Part shown: positions 39,378 through 52,798 of the stretch, piece after piece
Position numbering within the stretch: the stretch's first letter is position 1
Layout: the number at the start of each line of letters is the position of its first letter
Source: Octopus bimaculoides
Lineage: Eukaryota
DNA length: 64,000 bases
Reading direction: 5' to 3'
NCBI RefSeq assembly: GCF_001194135.2
Contig: NC_068989.1
Span: forward strand, 63,158,579-63,222,578
Position numbers and translations under genes: made by a program
The notes under the pieces: model-generated
Database searches by the model: none
What the model was told of the DNA's origin: nothing
What the model saw: the letters and a program-made list of their open reading frames with translations, nothing else

Positions 39378-39459
39378 GTAATGCTCACATTACTTAAATA
39401 AATTGAAGTAGCATGAAACGTGCGTACTGCAATCACTTTTGAAATCCGTGTTGCTTATT

Positions 39460-39492
<33 letters not shown>

Positions 39493-39493
<1 letters not shown>

Positions 39494-40327
39494 AGGTGCG
39501 GTGGATAACACTGACATCTCATTTTAACAGATATATTTACCAAAATAACATTAAAAATATCTTGAAATACGAAAGAATAACTTTATTCAATAAAATCGCC
39601 ATTGGCTCAACCACGGCCTCCATACGACTTCGGAATCTCCTGCAAAGCTTTTGGACGGTCTCCTTGTTTAAACTGGTGAATACTGCCATGATCCTTGCCT
39701 TCAGTTCCTCTTTGGTGTTGTAAGGAGTTTGTTGTTCTCTTGCACAACTGCGCCTCACATATAATAATGAAGTGGGTTGCTGTTTGGGGAGTTAGGTGGC
39801 CAGATGTTTGTGATGATGTGGTCGCAGAAATTGTCTGACAGCAATGACTGTGTTCTCCTGCTTTTGTGGCATGGTGCAGAGTCCTGTTACCAGACATAGG
39901 GGCCTCCAGCAGGCACTCTCTTGACCCAAAGTAAGTAGCAATACCTCTTCCACACACTTGTGTGTTACGTCTGAGACCGTGTGAGAGGCATAGCGTCGCA
40001 TTCACTTGTGATCACTCCAAACACCATAATGTTGACTGAATGTCTGATTTTTATCACTCTCGGTACTTGTCCTGAAATTACACTGTTCTCAGATTGACAC
40101 CCAAACACTCTGAAATGTTAGTTTGGACTTTCTGGGGCCAATGCTAAACAGTACACCATGTCATTTCCAAATATCTGGCAGAATGAATTGCCTCATGGTG
40201 CTGTTTTTCTCATAGACGGTGCCCAACTGACCCTACTGTACTCTGTAGTCGACAAAGTCAGAAACTTTCAATGCGTATGCGCAAAATTAAAAATATAAAG
40301 CGGCCTAAATTTAGCCATCGCACACTG
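39493..40327 (-). mobile_element. Internally deleted DD37D (maT-type) Tc1/mariner element with both imperfect TIRs
   Basis: Minus strand reads HSVNIMVFGVITS, then PYVW*QDSAPCHKSRRTQSLLSDNFCDHIITNIWPPNSPNSNPLHYYM, with 37 residues between D and the final (D to H) position, then TKEELKARIMAVFTSLNKETVQKLCRRFRSRMEAVVE. Ends are caggtgcggtggataa and rc cagtgtgcgatggctaa, next to TA-rich repeats. Confidence 0.9.
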
Positions 40328-40362
40328 TGTATAGATAGATAGATAAATAGATAGATAGATAA

Positions 40363-40407
<45 letters not shown>

Positions 40408-40408
40408 C

Positions 40409-40439
<31 letters not shown>

Positions 40440-40494
40440 GCGAGAGAGAGAGAGAGATATACGTACATACATACATATATGCATAAATACATAC

Positions 40495-40594
40495 ATCCAT
40501 ATATATAGGTAAAATTTGAGGCCTGTTCACTCTTTAATGATAACGTTGGTGACGACTGATTCTGTATAGGTTCTAGTATGGTTTTCATGATCAT
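40495..40594 (-). CDS. Candidate first coding exon (MIMKTILEPIQNQSSPTLSLKSEQASNFTYIYG), product unknown
   Basis: ATG at 40594, a gtatgt donor after 33 codons plus 1 nt, two N-X-S/T sequons, and a CpG-rich possible promoter at 41035-41135. The donor lies at a microsatellite edge, so it may be chance. Confidence 0.15.
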
Positions 40595-41840
40595 GGTTAT
40601 GTTAGCTTAGCAGCGCACATTCTTCTGTATGCTCTTACTGGAAACTGGAAAAGCAGACGTTCGGAAATAGCCTTTTGAATTTTTTCCGATTTTGTTGGGG
40701 TTTTCCCTGCTCTTTATTATTATTTTTCTTTTCTTTTTTGCATGCATTGCAAAACAATGAAAGGAAGCCATTTTAGAAGAAGAATTTTAAAAATCCGTGT
40801 CTTTTCAATGTTGGTATTTCTATTCTCCCTCTCTCTCTCTTTCTCTCTCTCTTTCACATACTCACACACTCACACGCACACTCACACACTCACGCACACA
40901 CACACACACATACCCGCACACACACGCACACACACACACACTCACACACACACACCACACACTCATGTCTTTGGATAGAAATCCCCCCTCATTTACAATT
41001 TACACATATGTATACATATGGAGGTTTTTTTTTAATCGCGGTTGCACTGACTTTCGCGAGTGCGTGCATCAGTCTTCAGGCTAGCGGGGGTGCGTACGTC
41101 CACTGATTAATGTGGCTGCGCGCGTCGGGTCCACTCTTCTTAAGTAGTACCAATTTACTCTATGATAATGCTCTCCCATATTAAGGTTTAGTCCTAAATG
41201 TTTTAAAAATCTAAAGAAATTTTTCCTCTGTCTTTGAAGTTGCACTTTACGATTTCTGTCTAGAAAACATAAGGTGTCATCCTTATATAGATACCCTGTA
41301 TGTATGTATGTATGTATGTACCAAAGCACCACCCGCCCACTCTTTGGCATGAACAGAAAAAAGACACAGGCACACACACACACACACACATACAGGTAAT
41401 TAAAAAGGGTCCAAAATAATATGATAGACTAAATTTCTACAGCTGGGTAACGTAGCAACTATTCAAAAATGCTGTCAGCTTTATGATCACTTTTTGACCT
41501 ATCATCAATTGCATCTCAGAATAACAGCCCAAGGTGCCAAAAGTTTACCACACATACACACTTACACGCACATAAATACACAAACATGTATGCACTCATA
41601 TATACAAACACATGTATACAAACACATTGAAAATAACTAAGAATATCCCAAACACCCAAAAAAACATCATCTTCCCAAAACTCTCCTAACTCACATATAT
41701 AGAAAATCTATGAATTTCCTATAAATACAGCATTGATAATTACGCACTCAAAGTCCCAAATCCCTGATGCTTCTTAGTATATAAAATCTGTACATCGTTT
41801 CAGACACTCACAAACACACAAGCACCTATACAAACAGACC

Positions 41841-41878
<38 letters not shown>

Positions 41879-42200
41879 NNNNNNNNNNNNNNNNNNNNNN
41901 NNNNNNNNNNNNNNNNNNNNNNNNNNNNNNNNNNNNNNNNNNNNNNNNNNNNNNNNNNNNNNNNNNNNNNNNNNNNNNNNNNNNNNNNNNNNNNNNNNNN
42001 NNNNNNNNNNNNNNNNNNNNNNNNNNNNNNNNNNNNNNNNNNNNNNNNNNNNNNNNNNNNNNNNNNNNNNNNNNNNNNNNNNNNNNNNNNNNNNNNNNNN
42101 NNNNNNNNNNNNNNNNNNNNNNNNNNNNNNNNNNNNNNNNNNNNNNNNNNNNNNNNNNNNNNNNNNNNNNNATATCACTATAACATTATATATATCACTA

Positions 42201-42243
<43 letters not shown>

Positions 42244-43574
42244 ATATATTGAAATCATGAACGATATTGCAAATATCATATTTAAGTATAAATCAGATAT
42301 CAATATGATATATTCATACCAAATATATATAATAATAAACTATACTTTAATTGAGATTGTAAGGAAGAATATATGAATTAAAATAAATAATATCATATTG
42401 TGTTATATTTAAAATAGGTACATTAGAAATCGGATTCTAAAAAACCGTTTGAAAATTTTGCATCCTATAATACACAATATTATAATAAAAGGTAATTAAA
42501 TGATAGTATGTATTGTGTTAGAATTGAGTAGGTGTATATATTTGTGTTTATTTGTGTGTGCATACTAGTGTATGTATGTGTACGCCTCTGAACGTGTGCC
42601 TTCATGGAGTTGGTACCTGTGTATCTGTTACTCTGTGTGCGTATTATCAATTTGTGTGAATGTTTATGAGCAAATTTGTTAGCCAATTTCAATCAGTTTC
42701 TTCATTTGAATAATGCAATATATTTCAATTTTTGAGATTACGGCAATAATATTACAACGTAATATATTCAAATTCAAAACAGTGTGCAAATAATATCATG
42801 AGCATAACTATATAAACGCATATATATATATATATATATANNNNNNNNNNNNNNNNNNNNNNNNNNNNNNNNNNNNNNNNNNNNNNNNNNNNNNNNNNNN
42901 NNNNNNNNNNNNNNNNNNNNNNNNNNNNNNNNNNNNNNNNNNNNNNNNNNNNNNNNNNNNNNNNNNNNNNNNNNNNNNNNNNNNNNNNNNNNNNNNNNNN
43001 NNNNNNNNNNNNNNNNNNNNNNNNNNNNNNNNNNNNNNNNNNNNNNNNNNNNNNNNNNNNNNNNNNNNNNNNNNNNNNNNNNNNNNNNNNNNNNNNNNNN
43101 NNNNNNNNNNNNNNNNNNNNNNNNNNNNNNNNNNNNNNNNNNNNNNNNNNNNNNNNNNNNNNNNNNNNNTATATATATATATATGAATATAGTATTCTCC
43201 CATCACATTATATATTGCAACGCAGTAGATTTTAAGTGTGGACAAGGGGCATAATTCAATAAACATAATGTAAAGTATCTAAAGGAAACTGATGTTATTT
43301 TATTGATCATATTTTATCATAAAATAAGGTGTAAATCTTGGCACTACCATTTAGAAATAGTAAAAAATATCAACGCCTTCTTATTTCAGCACCTTTTTCC
43401 GTGTCTATTTACAAGCTACCTAGATGTCTGTTTCTTTACACAAACATTTACACAGAAAATAATAAACGGTTATGCTTATGTAAGTATGTACGTATGTATA
43501 TTTGCATATACTTAAGTGACTAGTCTGATTAATATGGATATAATTGGTGATATCACTAATATTAAATTTAGGCG

Positions 43575-43790
43575 CGAAAGGGGTGCTGAAAAGTTCCTGG
43601 ATTTAAGTGTATCGCGAAAGGCCACGTTGGAAGCCTGAAATACTGAGTTCTTTCATAGGGTTTAGAAAACCTGTAGAGCTGCTGCAATAAGTGTGTGAAT
43701 CTTAGAGAAGAATATGTTGAATCAATTCATAATTAACTGTCCCTCCAGTATTTTCTTTCACCCGAAGCCAGGAAGTTTTCAACAGGCTCT
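43575..43790 (+). mobile_element. Short non-autonomous mariner derivative (MITE, about 215 bp)
   Basis: Left gggtgctgaaaagttcctgg and right gccaggaagttttcaacagg (rc cctgttgaaaacttcctggc) form TIRs. The interior keeps the transposase tail CNKCVNLREEYVE. Confidence 0.75.
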
Positions 43791-43964
43791 GTTGTCTAAA
43801 GTGTTTAACATTAAGATCGTTAAAATTAGTAGATGTAGAATCACGCACGTACATACATGTATATGTCTTCCTTAACAAAAGAAGTGACATATGGTTATGT
43901 GCAGACCCTTCTGAAGTTCCAAGTGTTACTCATACAAAATTTCCTGCAATAGTTATAGATTTAG

Positions 43965-44274
43965 GGGTTGTCAGCAATGAAGGACATGTGGTGGCTCCTT
44001 ACTTCTTTACACAAGGCTTTCGAGATAATTCTGTCGCCTATATTGAGGTCCAGGGAAAGGAATTTGTAAAGCCCTGGATCGACAGTGTATGCAATGGAAA
44101 GCCATATCTGTTTCATTAAGTCTCTACACTATCACACATGGCTCTAGTAACAGAAGAATGGATAGCTGGAAATTTTCATGATCACATGACCACTAATATT
44201 TGGTCTCCTAATTCGCCAAATCTCAATCCATTGGACTATAATATGTGGAGCGGTGTTGACAGAGAGGTCAATGA
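43965..44274 (+). mobile_element. DD37D (maT-type) transposase relic running into an assembly gap
   Basis: GVVSNEGHVVAPYFFTQG..KPWIDSVCNGKPYLFH*V(D)STLSHMALVTEEWIAGNFHDHMTTNIWSPNSPNLNPLDYNMWSGVDREVN, with 37 residues between the degenerate second D and the third D. Confidence 0.88.
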
Positions 44275-44846
44275 NNNNNNNNNNNNNNNNNNNNNNNNNN
44301 NNNNNNNNNNNNNNNNNNNNNNNNNNNNNNNNNNNNNNNNNNNNNNNNNNNNNNNNNNNNNNNNNNNNNNNNNNNNNNNNNNNNNNNNNNNNNNNNNNNN
44401 NNNNNNNNNNNNNNNNNNNNNNNNNNNNNNNNNNNNNNNNNNNNNNNNNNNNNNNNNNNNNNNNNNNNNNNNNNNNNNNNNNNNNNNNNNNNNNNNNNNN
44501 NNNNNNNNNNNNNNNNNNNNNNNNNNNNNNNNNNNNNNNNNNNNNNNNNNNNNNNNNNNNNNNNNNNNNNNNNNNNNNNNNNNNNNNNNNNNNNNNNNNN
44601 NNNNNNNNNNNNNNNNNNNNNNNNNNNNNNNNNNNNNNNNNNNNNNNNNNNNNNNNNNNNNNNNNNNNNNNNNNNNNNNNNNNNNNNNNNNNNNNNNNNN
44701 NNNNNNNNNNNNNNNNNNNNNNNNNNNNNNNNNNNNNNNNNNNNNNNNNNNNNNNNNNNNNNNNNNNNNNNNNNNNNNNNNNNNNNNNNNNNNNNNNNNN
44801 NNNNNNNNNNNNNNNNNNNNNNNNNNNNNNNNNNNNNNNNNNNNNN

Positions 44847-45076
44847 AAGCAATGCTAGGGGGACAAACACAGACACACACAAACACAGACACAAACATAT
44901 ATATACATATATACGACGGGCTTCTTTCAATTTCCGTCTACCAAATTCACTCACAAAGCTTTGGTCGGCCCGAAGCTATAGTAGAAGACACTTGCCCAAG
45001 GTGCCACGCAGTGGGACTGAACCCGGAACCATGTGGTTGGTAAGCAAGCTACTTACCACACAGCCACTCCTACGCC

Positions 45077-45077
<1 letters not shown>
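44847..45077 (-). mobile_element. SINE family A (CORE-type), young copy
   Basis: The reverse complement reads aggcgtaggagtggctgtgtggtaagtagcttgcttaccaaccacatggttccgggttcagtcccactgcgtggcaccttgggcaagtgtc, a tRNA-like head plus the MIR/CORE-like accttgggcaagt. Confidence 0.93.
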
Positions 45078-45154
<77 letters not shown>

Positions 45155-47589
45155 CATTGGGTAATTATCAATATATCACCAAAACACCGAAAAGCTTCAT
45201 ATGAATACATTTCTGATGTTTTCCTCGACTCCTGAATAAACGTCTTTGTATTAAGAAAAAAAATGTATTAGCTCTTTAAGGAAACAATTGTCAGTAGACG
45301 ATTGCAAACATCTCCCTCTTGAAACTGGGTGAATCAGAGTTTCAAAGTTTAAAATATTTATCTGATATCATTGACAGTATAAATTGATGATGGTAATTTT
45401 ATATTCACCGTAATGTCATCTTCCTCATCCATCAGTTTCAGACACAACCTATTCTCATGTGTATTGTTACAACACGCCTTGGCCTTCTCTCTTATTCTTT
45501 GAAGTTATCTGCCTTTTCACGAAAACTCTTCGTTCATCTGATCGGATAAACGCAAGTAATATTTCGAAAATCACTTAAGGAAATGATGAATTACTAATTA
45601 TATAAATTCTTTATTTTGAAGTTTTGGAACTAGTTTTGTTTCTTTCCTCTTATATGTTTCGTTAGTTTGTTTTCTAGAGACTTATTTGTGAAAGCTAAAA
45701 AAGTCTAGAAATATACGGGCAAGTTGAAGAACTCTTACAGGATTAAGGACAACATATATAGAAATCATAACAGATTATATGTAAATAACGATAAAAATGG
45801 CGAATAATATTATAATTCAGTGAACACAGATGTACATACATANNNNNNNNNNNNNNNNNNNNNNNNNNNNNNNNNNNNNNNNNNNNNNNNNNNNNNNNNN
45901 NNNNNNNNNNNNNNNNNNNNNNNNNNNNNNNNNNNNNNNNNNNNNNNNNNNNNNNNNNNNNNNNNNNNNNNNNNNNNNNNNNNNNNNNNNNNNNNNNNNN
46001 NNNNNNNTCATATACAATATATATATATAAGGAAACGAAGTTGAAAATAGAGGAGTTGGATCATTGTGGTTTTCGTCATTGTGTGTGTACGATTACAAAT
46101 TTTTTGATGTATCTATAGATACAATTTTTGACACTGAATAGGAATTTGTTATTCGTTTATTCCAGAAAAATTTTGCAGAAATGTTACAGATGTTCAAATT
46201 TTGATAATTTTCCGAATTTCTAACGTATCAGAAAACAGCGCGTTCGTTGCCTCGTCCATCATCAGGGCGGGGTGGAGACATCGGCATGTCAAAACATTAA
46301 ACTAGCCTCGGGAGCAAATTCAATATTTAAAAGCTACGGACAAACTAACCAACAGGAGTTGCTAGAAGTAACAGTGAAAACATCGAAATATACACGAGCA
46401 AAGTTAATATTAAAACATTTGCGAGCAAATTAAATATTTAAAAGCTACGAAAGATTTGCAGGAAATAGCAGTTAAATCATTGTTTAAAACATTTATCAGT
46501 TTTTAAAAAATTAAGAACGAAAGTGTGCAGTACATTCTAGGATTTTATAAAATAAATTATCTTTCTCGTATCTCCTCCTCCTCATAAATTCACAAATATA
46601 AGAGTCAACCATGCCCAGGTACTTTCAATTTATTGAGTGTGAGTCCCATCTGTTATGAAAACAAACAATTACAGAACAAGTGGTGATTACAGTCCTTGTG
46701 CGCATGCGCAGCATCTTTGGTTACTATGGAAACATATATATTTTTTTAATCATCTATGGAACACGTGGTGCTTCTTTGCATTGGTTACAATAGAATCATG
46801 CTTCTTCGCCACGATGATGTCTAAAATACTCGCTTCTGATTGGCTAAAATACCCAAATTTTGCAAATTTTAAAGGGTAACAACTTTAATTATAGATTTAT
46901 AGGAAAAATTGATTTCATTTGCATATTTCGTATACAAAACTTAATCCATACACCAAATTTGAAAATAAATGGAACGAAATTCTAAGCAGTGGCGAAAGCC
47001 ATAATGACCCCAAGAAACTTTTAACAGTATTTATTAACTTAACTGTTTTTTTCTTATTTAAAAAGATTTTCAAAAGTAAAGTACTTGGCTTTATGTATCC
47101 TCTGTGATGTTAAAAATTAATTTACATAAATGTAGGCAAATCAAGTGATAGATTTTTTGACAATGATAAGAAAAAGTTTGCGGCGTTGTGTATCCTCCGT
47201 GATGAGTCAAAGAATAGTTTACATAAATACATTCAGTTATAATATTTTTTTACACTGATAAGAGATGAGTCTTTGACAAGAAGATGAAACCGTGTCCGGT
47301 TTGTCAGTCAAAAGTTACTAAAGTTTTAATTTCACTGTTATAAGAAACCATAATTGATTGTTTGTTTTTTGCAGCATCTTAATTGAAAAAAAATGTAAGT
47401 GAAAAAATAACAGACAATTTATAGTTGTTGGATCTGGATTTTAGGGTCTGGCAATGTCATCTAGCATTCGTTTTCATAAGTAAGAACACTGTGGGCGCTT
47501 GACGGCAGTCACATGGTCAAAGGATAGTTTACGATTGTTCTGATTTTGTTGAGGTGCCAAGATGTTTGGTGAGTTGGCTAGCGTTTTGT

Positions 47590-48270
47590 ATTTTATAAGT
47601 ATGACTCATATGTAAAGAATGGTGTGCATTTTCGCGTGAGTGTATGTCTGTATGTGCGTGTGTTTTATGGGAAATGTGGATAGCGGGTTTGTGTGAGTGT
47701 TTGTGTGCGCTCGTGTGTGTAAATGTGTGCGTGTATGTGGGTGTTCTCTTTGTGTGTTTACGTGTGTGTCTACGTAAGTGTGCGTGTATGCATACGTCTG
47801 GGTGTGCATGTGTATGTGTGTGTTGCGGCTATCAGGGTGGTGTGTGTGTACGTGTGTGTGTATACCTGTGTATGTGTGTGTTATATTTATCAAGGTGGTG
47901 TTTGTACATGTGTATGTGTATGTGTGTGTTATATTTATCAAGGTGGTGTGTGTACATGTGTATGTGTATGTGTGTGTTATATTTATCAAGGTGGTGTGTG
48001 TACATGTGTATGTGTGCATTTTATATTTTTCTGGGTGCTGTGTGTGTATGTGTGTGTGCATGTGTGTGTTAGATTTATCGGGGTTGTGTGCATGTGGGCG
48101 CATGTGTGTATTTGTGTGCGTGTATGTGTGTGTGTGTGTGTGTGTGTTGCGTTGGTCCGGGCGGTGTGTGCGTGCTTATGGGTATGTGTATGTGTGTGTG
48201 TGTATGTGTGTGTGTGTTTGCATGCATGTGTATGTGTGTGTTACGTTTGGTAGTTTTGCGTACATGTATG
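47590..48270 (+). repeat. Degenerate (TG)n tract containing a 48-bp minisatellite
   Basis: ttatatttatcaaggtggtg starts at 47881, 47929 and 47977 (period 48), with degenerate copies at about 47830 and 48069. Confidence 0.93.
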
Positions 48271-48659
48271 GGATCTAGTATTTTTCATTCACAAAATGAG
48301 ACCCCTTTAAGTTTTGCTCAGATTGCTTTCAATTTTGGTGTATCGATGCAACTCTGAATTTTGATTATGATCAACTAATTACTTTATCTCGTAAATTAAA
48401 AACTCTGATGTTATTTGGTATTAAATTTGGAAAATTTGGATAATTTTAACCAATCAACGGATAGCGAGACATTAACAGCTTGTTACCATGAAAACCGCAC
48501 TTTGTGTTGTGTGGCACTCGTATGTTGTGTTGATTTCTCACATGTAGGTATGTACATATATGTATGGATATATGCATATATTTATATATTATTTATATTA
48601 TTATATGACCGAACGCAAAGGCGTCATTTTCCAAGTAAGTTTTATCTTTGTGTATGTAC

Positions 48660-48694
<35 letters not shown>

Positions 48695-49268
48695 TGTGTG
48701 TATGTGTGTGTGNNNNNNNNNNNNNNNNNNNNNNNNNNNNNNNNNNNNNNNNNNNNNNNNNNNNNNNNNNNNNNNNNNNNNNNNNNNNNNNNNNNNNNNN
48801 NNNNNNNNNNNNNNNNNNNNNNNNNNNNNNNNNNNNNNNNNNNNNNNNNNNNNNNNNNNNNNNNNNNNNNNNNNNNNNNNNNNNNNNNNNNNNNNNNNNN
48901 NNNNNNNNNNNNNNNNNNNNNNNNNNNNNNNNNNNNNNNNNNNNNNNNNNNNNNNNNNNNNNNNNNNNNNNNNNNNNNNNNNNNNNNNNNNNNNNNNNNN
49001 NNNNNNNNNNNNNNNNNNNNNNNNNNNNNNNNNNNNNNNNNNNNNNNNNNNNNNNNNNNNNNNNNNNNNNNNNNNNNNNNNNNNNNNNNNNNNNNNNNNN
49101 NNNNNNNNNNNNNNNNNNNNNNNNNNNNNNNNNNNNNNNNNNNNNNNNNNNNNNNNNNNNNNNNNNNNNNNNNNNNNNNNNNNNNNNNNNNNNNNNNNNN
49201 NNNNNNNNNNNNNNNNNNNNNNNNNNNNNNNNNNNNNNNNNNNNNNNNNNNNNNNNNNNNNNNNNNNN

Positions 49269-49333
<65 letters not shown>

Positions 49334-49469
49334 ATATATGTATGTATGTATATATATGCATGTATGTATGTATGTATGTATGTATTATGTATGTATGTAT
49401 GTATGTATGTAAAAAATGAAAAATGCATTAAATACTACAAAATCTAAACGTAAGAAAGACACCAGAGCC

Positions 49470-49720
49470 CTACTACTTCTCATATATATATATCAGCGGA
49501 TTACTCGAAATTTGGATAAGTACTACCCCCGAGGTTCTGCTAGCTATGAAACATATGAGACCTGGATTTTATCTGCCTCATTCCCTAATTTTGGGATTCC
49601 TGTTCGCATACACAGCGACCTTTGCTGCTAACCGTAATCTATAAAACAATTTTTTCAGGTCTTCGAACTTCGATATGGGAAAAATTTACAACCTTCTGCG
49701 TCAAGAAACCATTAAAATTG
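49470..49720 (+). mobile_element. Degenerate LTR-retrotransposon (Gypsy-like) integrase core fragment
   Basis: ISADYSKFG (cf. V.DYF.KW) followed in another frame by FPNFGIPVRIHSDL (cf. RFGIP..IHSDQG, second catalytic D). Confidence 0.55.
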
Positions 49721-50615
49721 TTTTTGAATACATTCTACGGACTGCTCGAAGCTTACTATATCCCTACATTTTGACCCTTGAGTATTACCTCACTCCCTCT
49801 ATCTCTCTGTTGCTTTGGTCCAAGTTCATGTGTTTAGCAAATTCCTAAGAGGATGAAACTACGAGATTAATATATTTTGCTTCATATTTCAGATCATTCT
49901 GCCGTATATTTCACCCCCAAAGAACGTGGCTTGGTAGCTGTACATTTATGTAAATAATTGGAATATTTTATATCGTAGTTACACCGTTTTCAAAAAGTAA
50001 CAGCAGCAGTATCTCTTCTAGACATTTATAGATTTAATTCAATTCAAAATATTTTTAATGAGAAATCTACTGTTTCACAATTTTCAACACTTCTATAGGA
50101 AGTTTGAGAACATTATTTTGCCTGTTATTTATTTCTGTATCTATGCATGTATCTATACATATTTCCTTTCAGTTACATAGGAATAATTCATGCTAAAACA
50201 TTCGAAATGTTTTACATAATTTCGCAGTAAAGTCGCGTACGACTTATTTGTGTATTGATAATGTATATTATATCATAGTGTAAGATGAGATTCCCTCGAT
50301 TAGTGCAACAGAAGTTTCTTATGTAATATAATGCACAAATTATTACGAGAACAGACATTATGTTTGTCGCTGTACTGGAAACTGCTTGTTCAGAGGAGAG
50401 AATCGCTTCTTATTTGAATTTTCTCATGCTCAAGAATCTGTATGAAACAGTGAAGACCATACATATATTTCAATATGATTGTTTCCCTTTTGTTTTCATT
50501 CCATAAGATAAGGTCAATATCCACATATTCCTCGTCATTTCAGTATAAAAGTATTTTTTATTATTCTTTTGCTGTATCTTTGACATTAATCTTAATAGTT
50601 CAAGAAACTAAGTCT

Positions 50616-50795
50616 ACGACCTAGCAGAATCGTTAACACGCCGGACAAAACTCTTAGTGGCAGTTTATTCGTCAATACGTTTTAAGTTCAAACCCCGCTG
50701 AGGTGGTTTTTATCTTCGATTCCTTAGGGTCGATGAAATAAGTACCAGTTACGCACTTATCTCGGTGTAATCGACTGATCCTTTCTCCCGAAACT
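50616..50795 (+). mobile_element. tRNA-derived SINE, family B
   Basis: A-box-like ctagcagaatcg, B-box-like gttcaaaccc, then tagggtcgatgaaataagtaccagtt...gtgtaatcgact. Confidence 0.82.
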
Positions 50796-51373
50796 ACTTG
50801 TATTTAACAGGTCATGTATGCTTGTATGCATGTATGTATGTATGCATTACGTATTGCACGTATTCATTTATGTATGCACGTGCCTATATATGTATTTATA
50901 TATGTATATACGTATGTATACATATATATATATGAAAGTACGCATGTGTGTGTATGTACACATGTATGCACAAATGCTTACTCACCAGTACATCAGTGTC
51001 ACAACTGTGTCATCTCTATGCCTGCTTATGTATATCCCTATGAATCCTATTAAATGTGACTAACTTCGTGTAAATGTTCATGTATGTTAAATATGATTAT
51101 GCATTAGTTCCTTTGCCTTCTCGCCAATAAAACATAAAGCACTAGTTTATCAAGAACTATTCATATGGAGATTATACTATGCACAACTAATCAGTTTTCA
51201 AGTAGGATTCATCTATACTATATTCACTGCAGAAAAATGTAGATAATATTTAAAGTGAATTTTACCGTATACGAATCACATTCCTGTGATGTGTCACGAT
51301 CTTCATACGTAGTTGTACAGTAATTTTGCCAATCTCACAAATTGTATGCAATAAAAACACGCCTACACATACG

Positions 51374-51421
<48 letters not shown>

Positions 51422-51803
51422 NNNNNNNNNNNNNNNNNNNNNNNNNNNNNNNNNNNNNNNNNNNNNNNNNNNNNNNNNNNNNNNNNNNNNNNNNNNNNNN
51501 NNNNNNNNNNNNNNNNNNNNNNNNNNNNNNNNNNNNNNNNNNNNNNNNNNNNNNNNNNNNNNNNNNNNNNNNNNNNNNNNNNNNNNNNNNNNNNNNNNNN
51601 NNNNNNNNNNNNNNNNNNNNNNNNNNNNNNNNNNNNNNNNNNNNNNNNNNNNNNNNNNNNNNNNNNNNNNNNNNNNNNNNNNNNNNNNNNNNNNNNNNNN
51701 NNNNNNNNNNNNNNNNNNNNNNNNNNNNNNNNNNNNNNNNNNNNNNNNNNNNNNNNNNNNNNNNNNNNNNNNNNNNNNNNNNNNNNNNNNNTATATATAT
51801 ATA

Positions 51804-51834
<31 letters not shown>

Positions 51835-51920
51835 TTATATATATACATATATATATACACATATATATATATATGTACATATATATATATGATATATATG
51901 TGTCTGTTCATATATGCATG

Positions 51921-51956
<36 letters not shown>

Positions 51957-52264
51957 CACATCGTTTGAAATTATTAACGACGTAAAATCTTTCTTATGTT
52001 ATTTAAAAACTACTCGTTGGAATTCACAGGATGATCACAATAGTTACATGCACGTGGTGTGTTTAAAGCCTGAAGTTCCGCAAACTATGGCCATTTACCA
52101 AATTCCGTAAACTTTCAGTTTCAAATTATTCTCAAGGTGTAATTAAATCTCATGTAAACATGAAAATACTAGTTTAATTCTTCGATGTACACTCTGAAAT
52201 AAACACATACAGTCATTAACATGGAAAAAATAGTAATAAACAAATAAACATCGTTCAAAAATTG

Positions 52265-52798
52265 CAGGTGTGCTGGTTAGTAAGAGATATGTGAGCCACT
52301 GGTCCATGAACTTGCTGCAACAGTCTGTCATGCCAATCATTAGAGAAGACTTTGAAGATGATGAGTTTTATTTTCAGCAAGATGGGATACCCCCACACTA
52401 TCATCGCGATGTTAGATCCTTCCTTGATGAGATCTTGCCAAACAGGTGGAATGGACAAAGGGTTTCGATGAATACCCTTCGCGATTACCAGATTTGACAT
52501 GACTAGACTTTTTTATTGGGGTATCTAAAAGACAACGTCTACGCTGTGAAACCTGCAAGTCACCGATTTCAGAGCAGCCATTGAATGAGAATATACGCGA
52601 ATACCAAACGAATATTTCATGATGTTTGTAATTCCATTGCAGTGCTTGGGCCGGAAGTTCAGTCTGGAAACAGACGTTAACAAAACAATACAAAAATGTC
52701 TATAGATTCTATTAAATTTTGAAAATGAAATGTATTTTAATAAACACTTACTTTTCATTTATTTAAAGTGTGTATACATTGTTTTGGAACACCCTGTA
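52265..52798 (+). mobile_element. DD41D (rosa-type) Tc1/mariner 3' relic with right TIR
   Basis: FYFQQDGIPPHYHRDVRSFLDEILPNRWNGQR(fs)GFDEYPSRLPDLT*LDFLLGYLKDNVYA gives 41 residues between the Ds after correcting one 1-nt deletion. Ends ttttggaacaccctg-TA, the reverse of CAGGGTG. Confidence 0.9.

Noticed and set aside
47870-48020. CRISPR-like regularly spaced repeats
   Set aside because: The units are fully tandem 48-bp copies with no unique spacers, there are no cas genes, and the context is eukaryotic.
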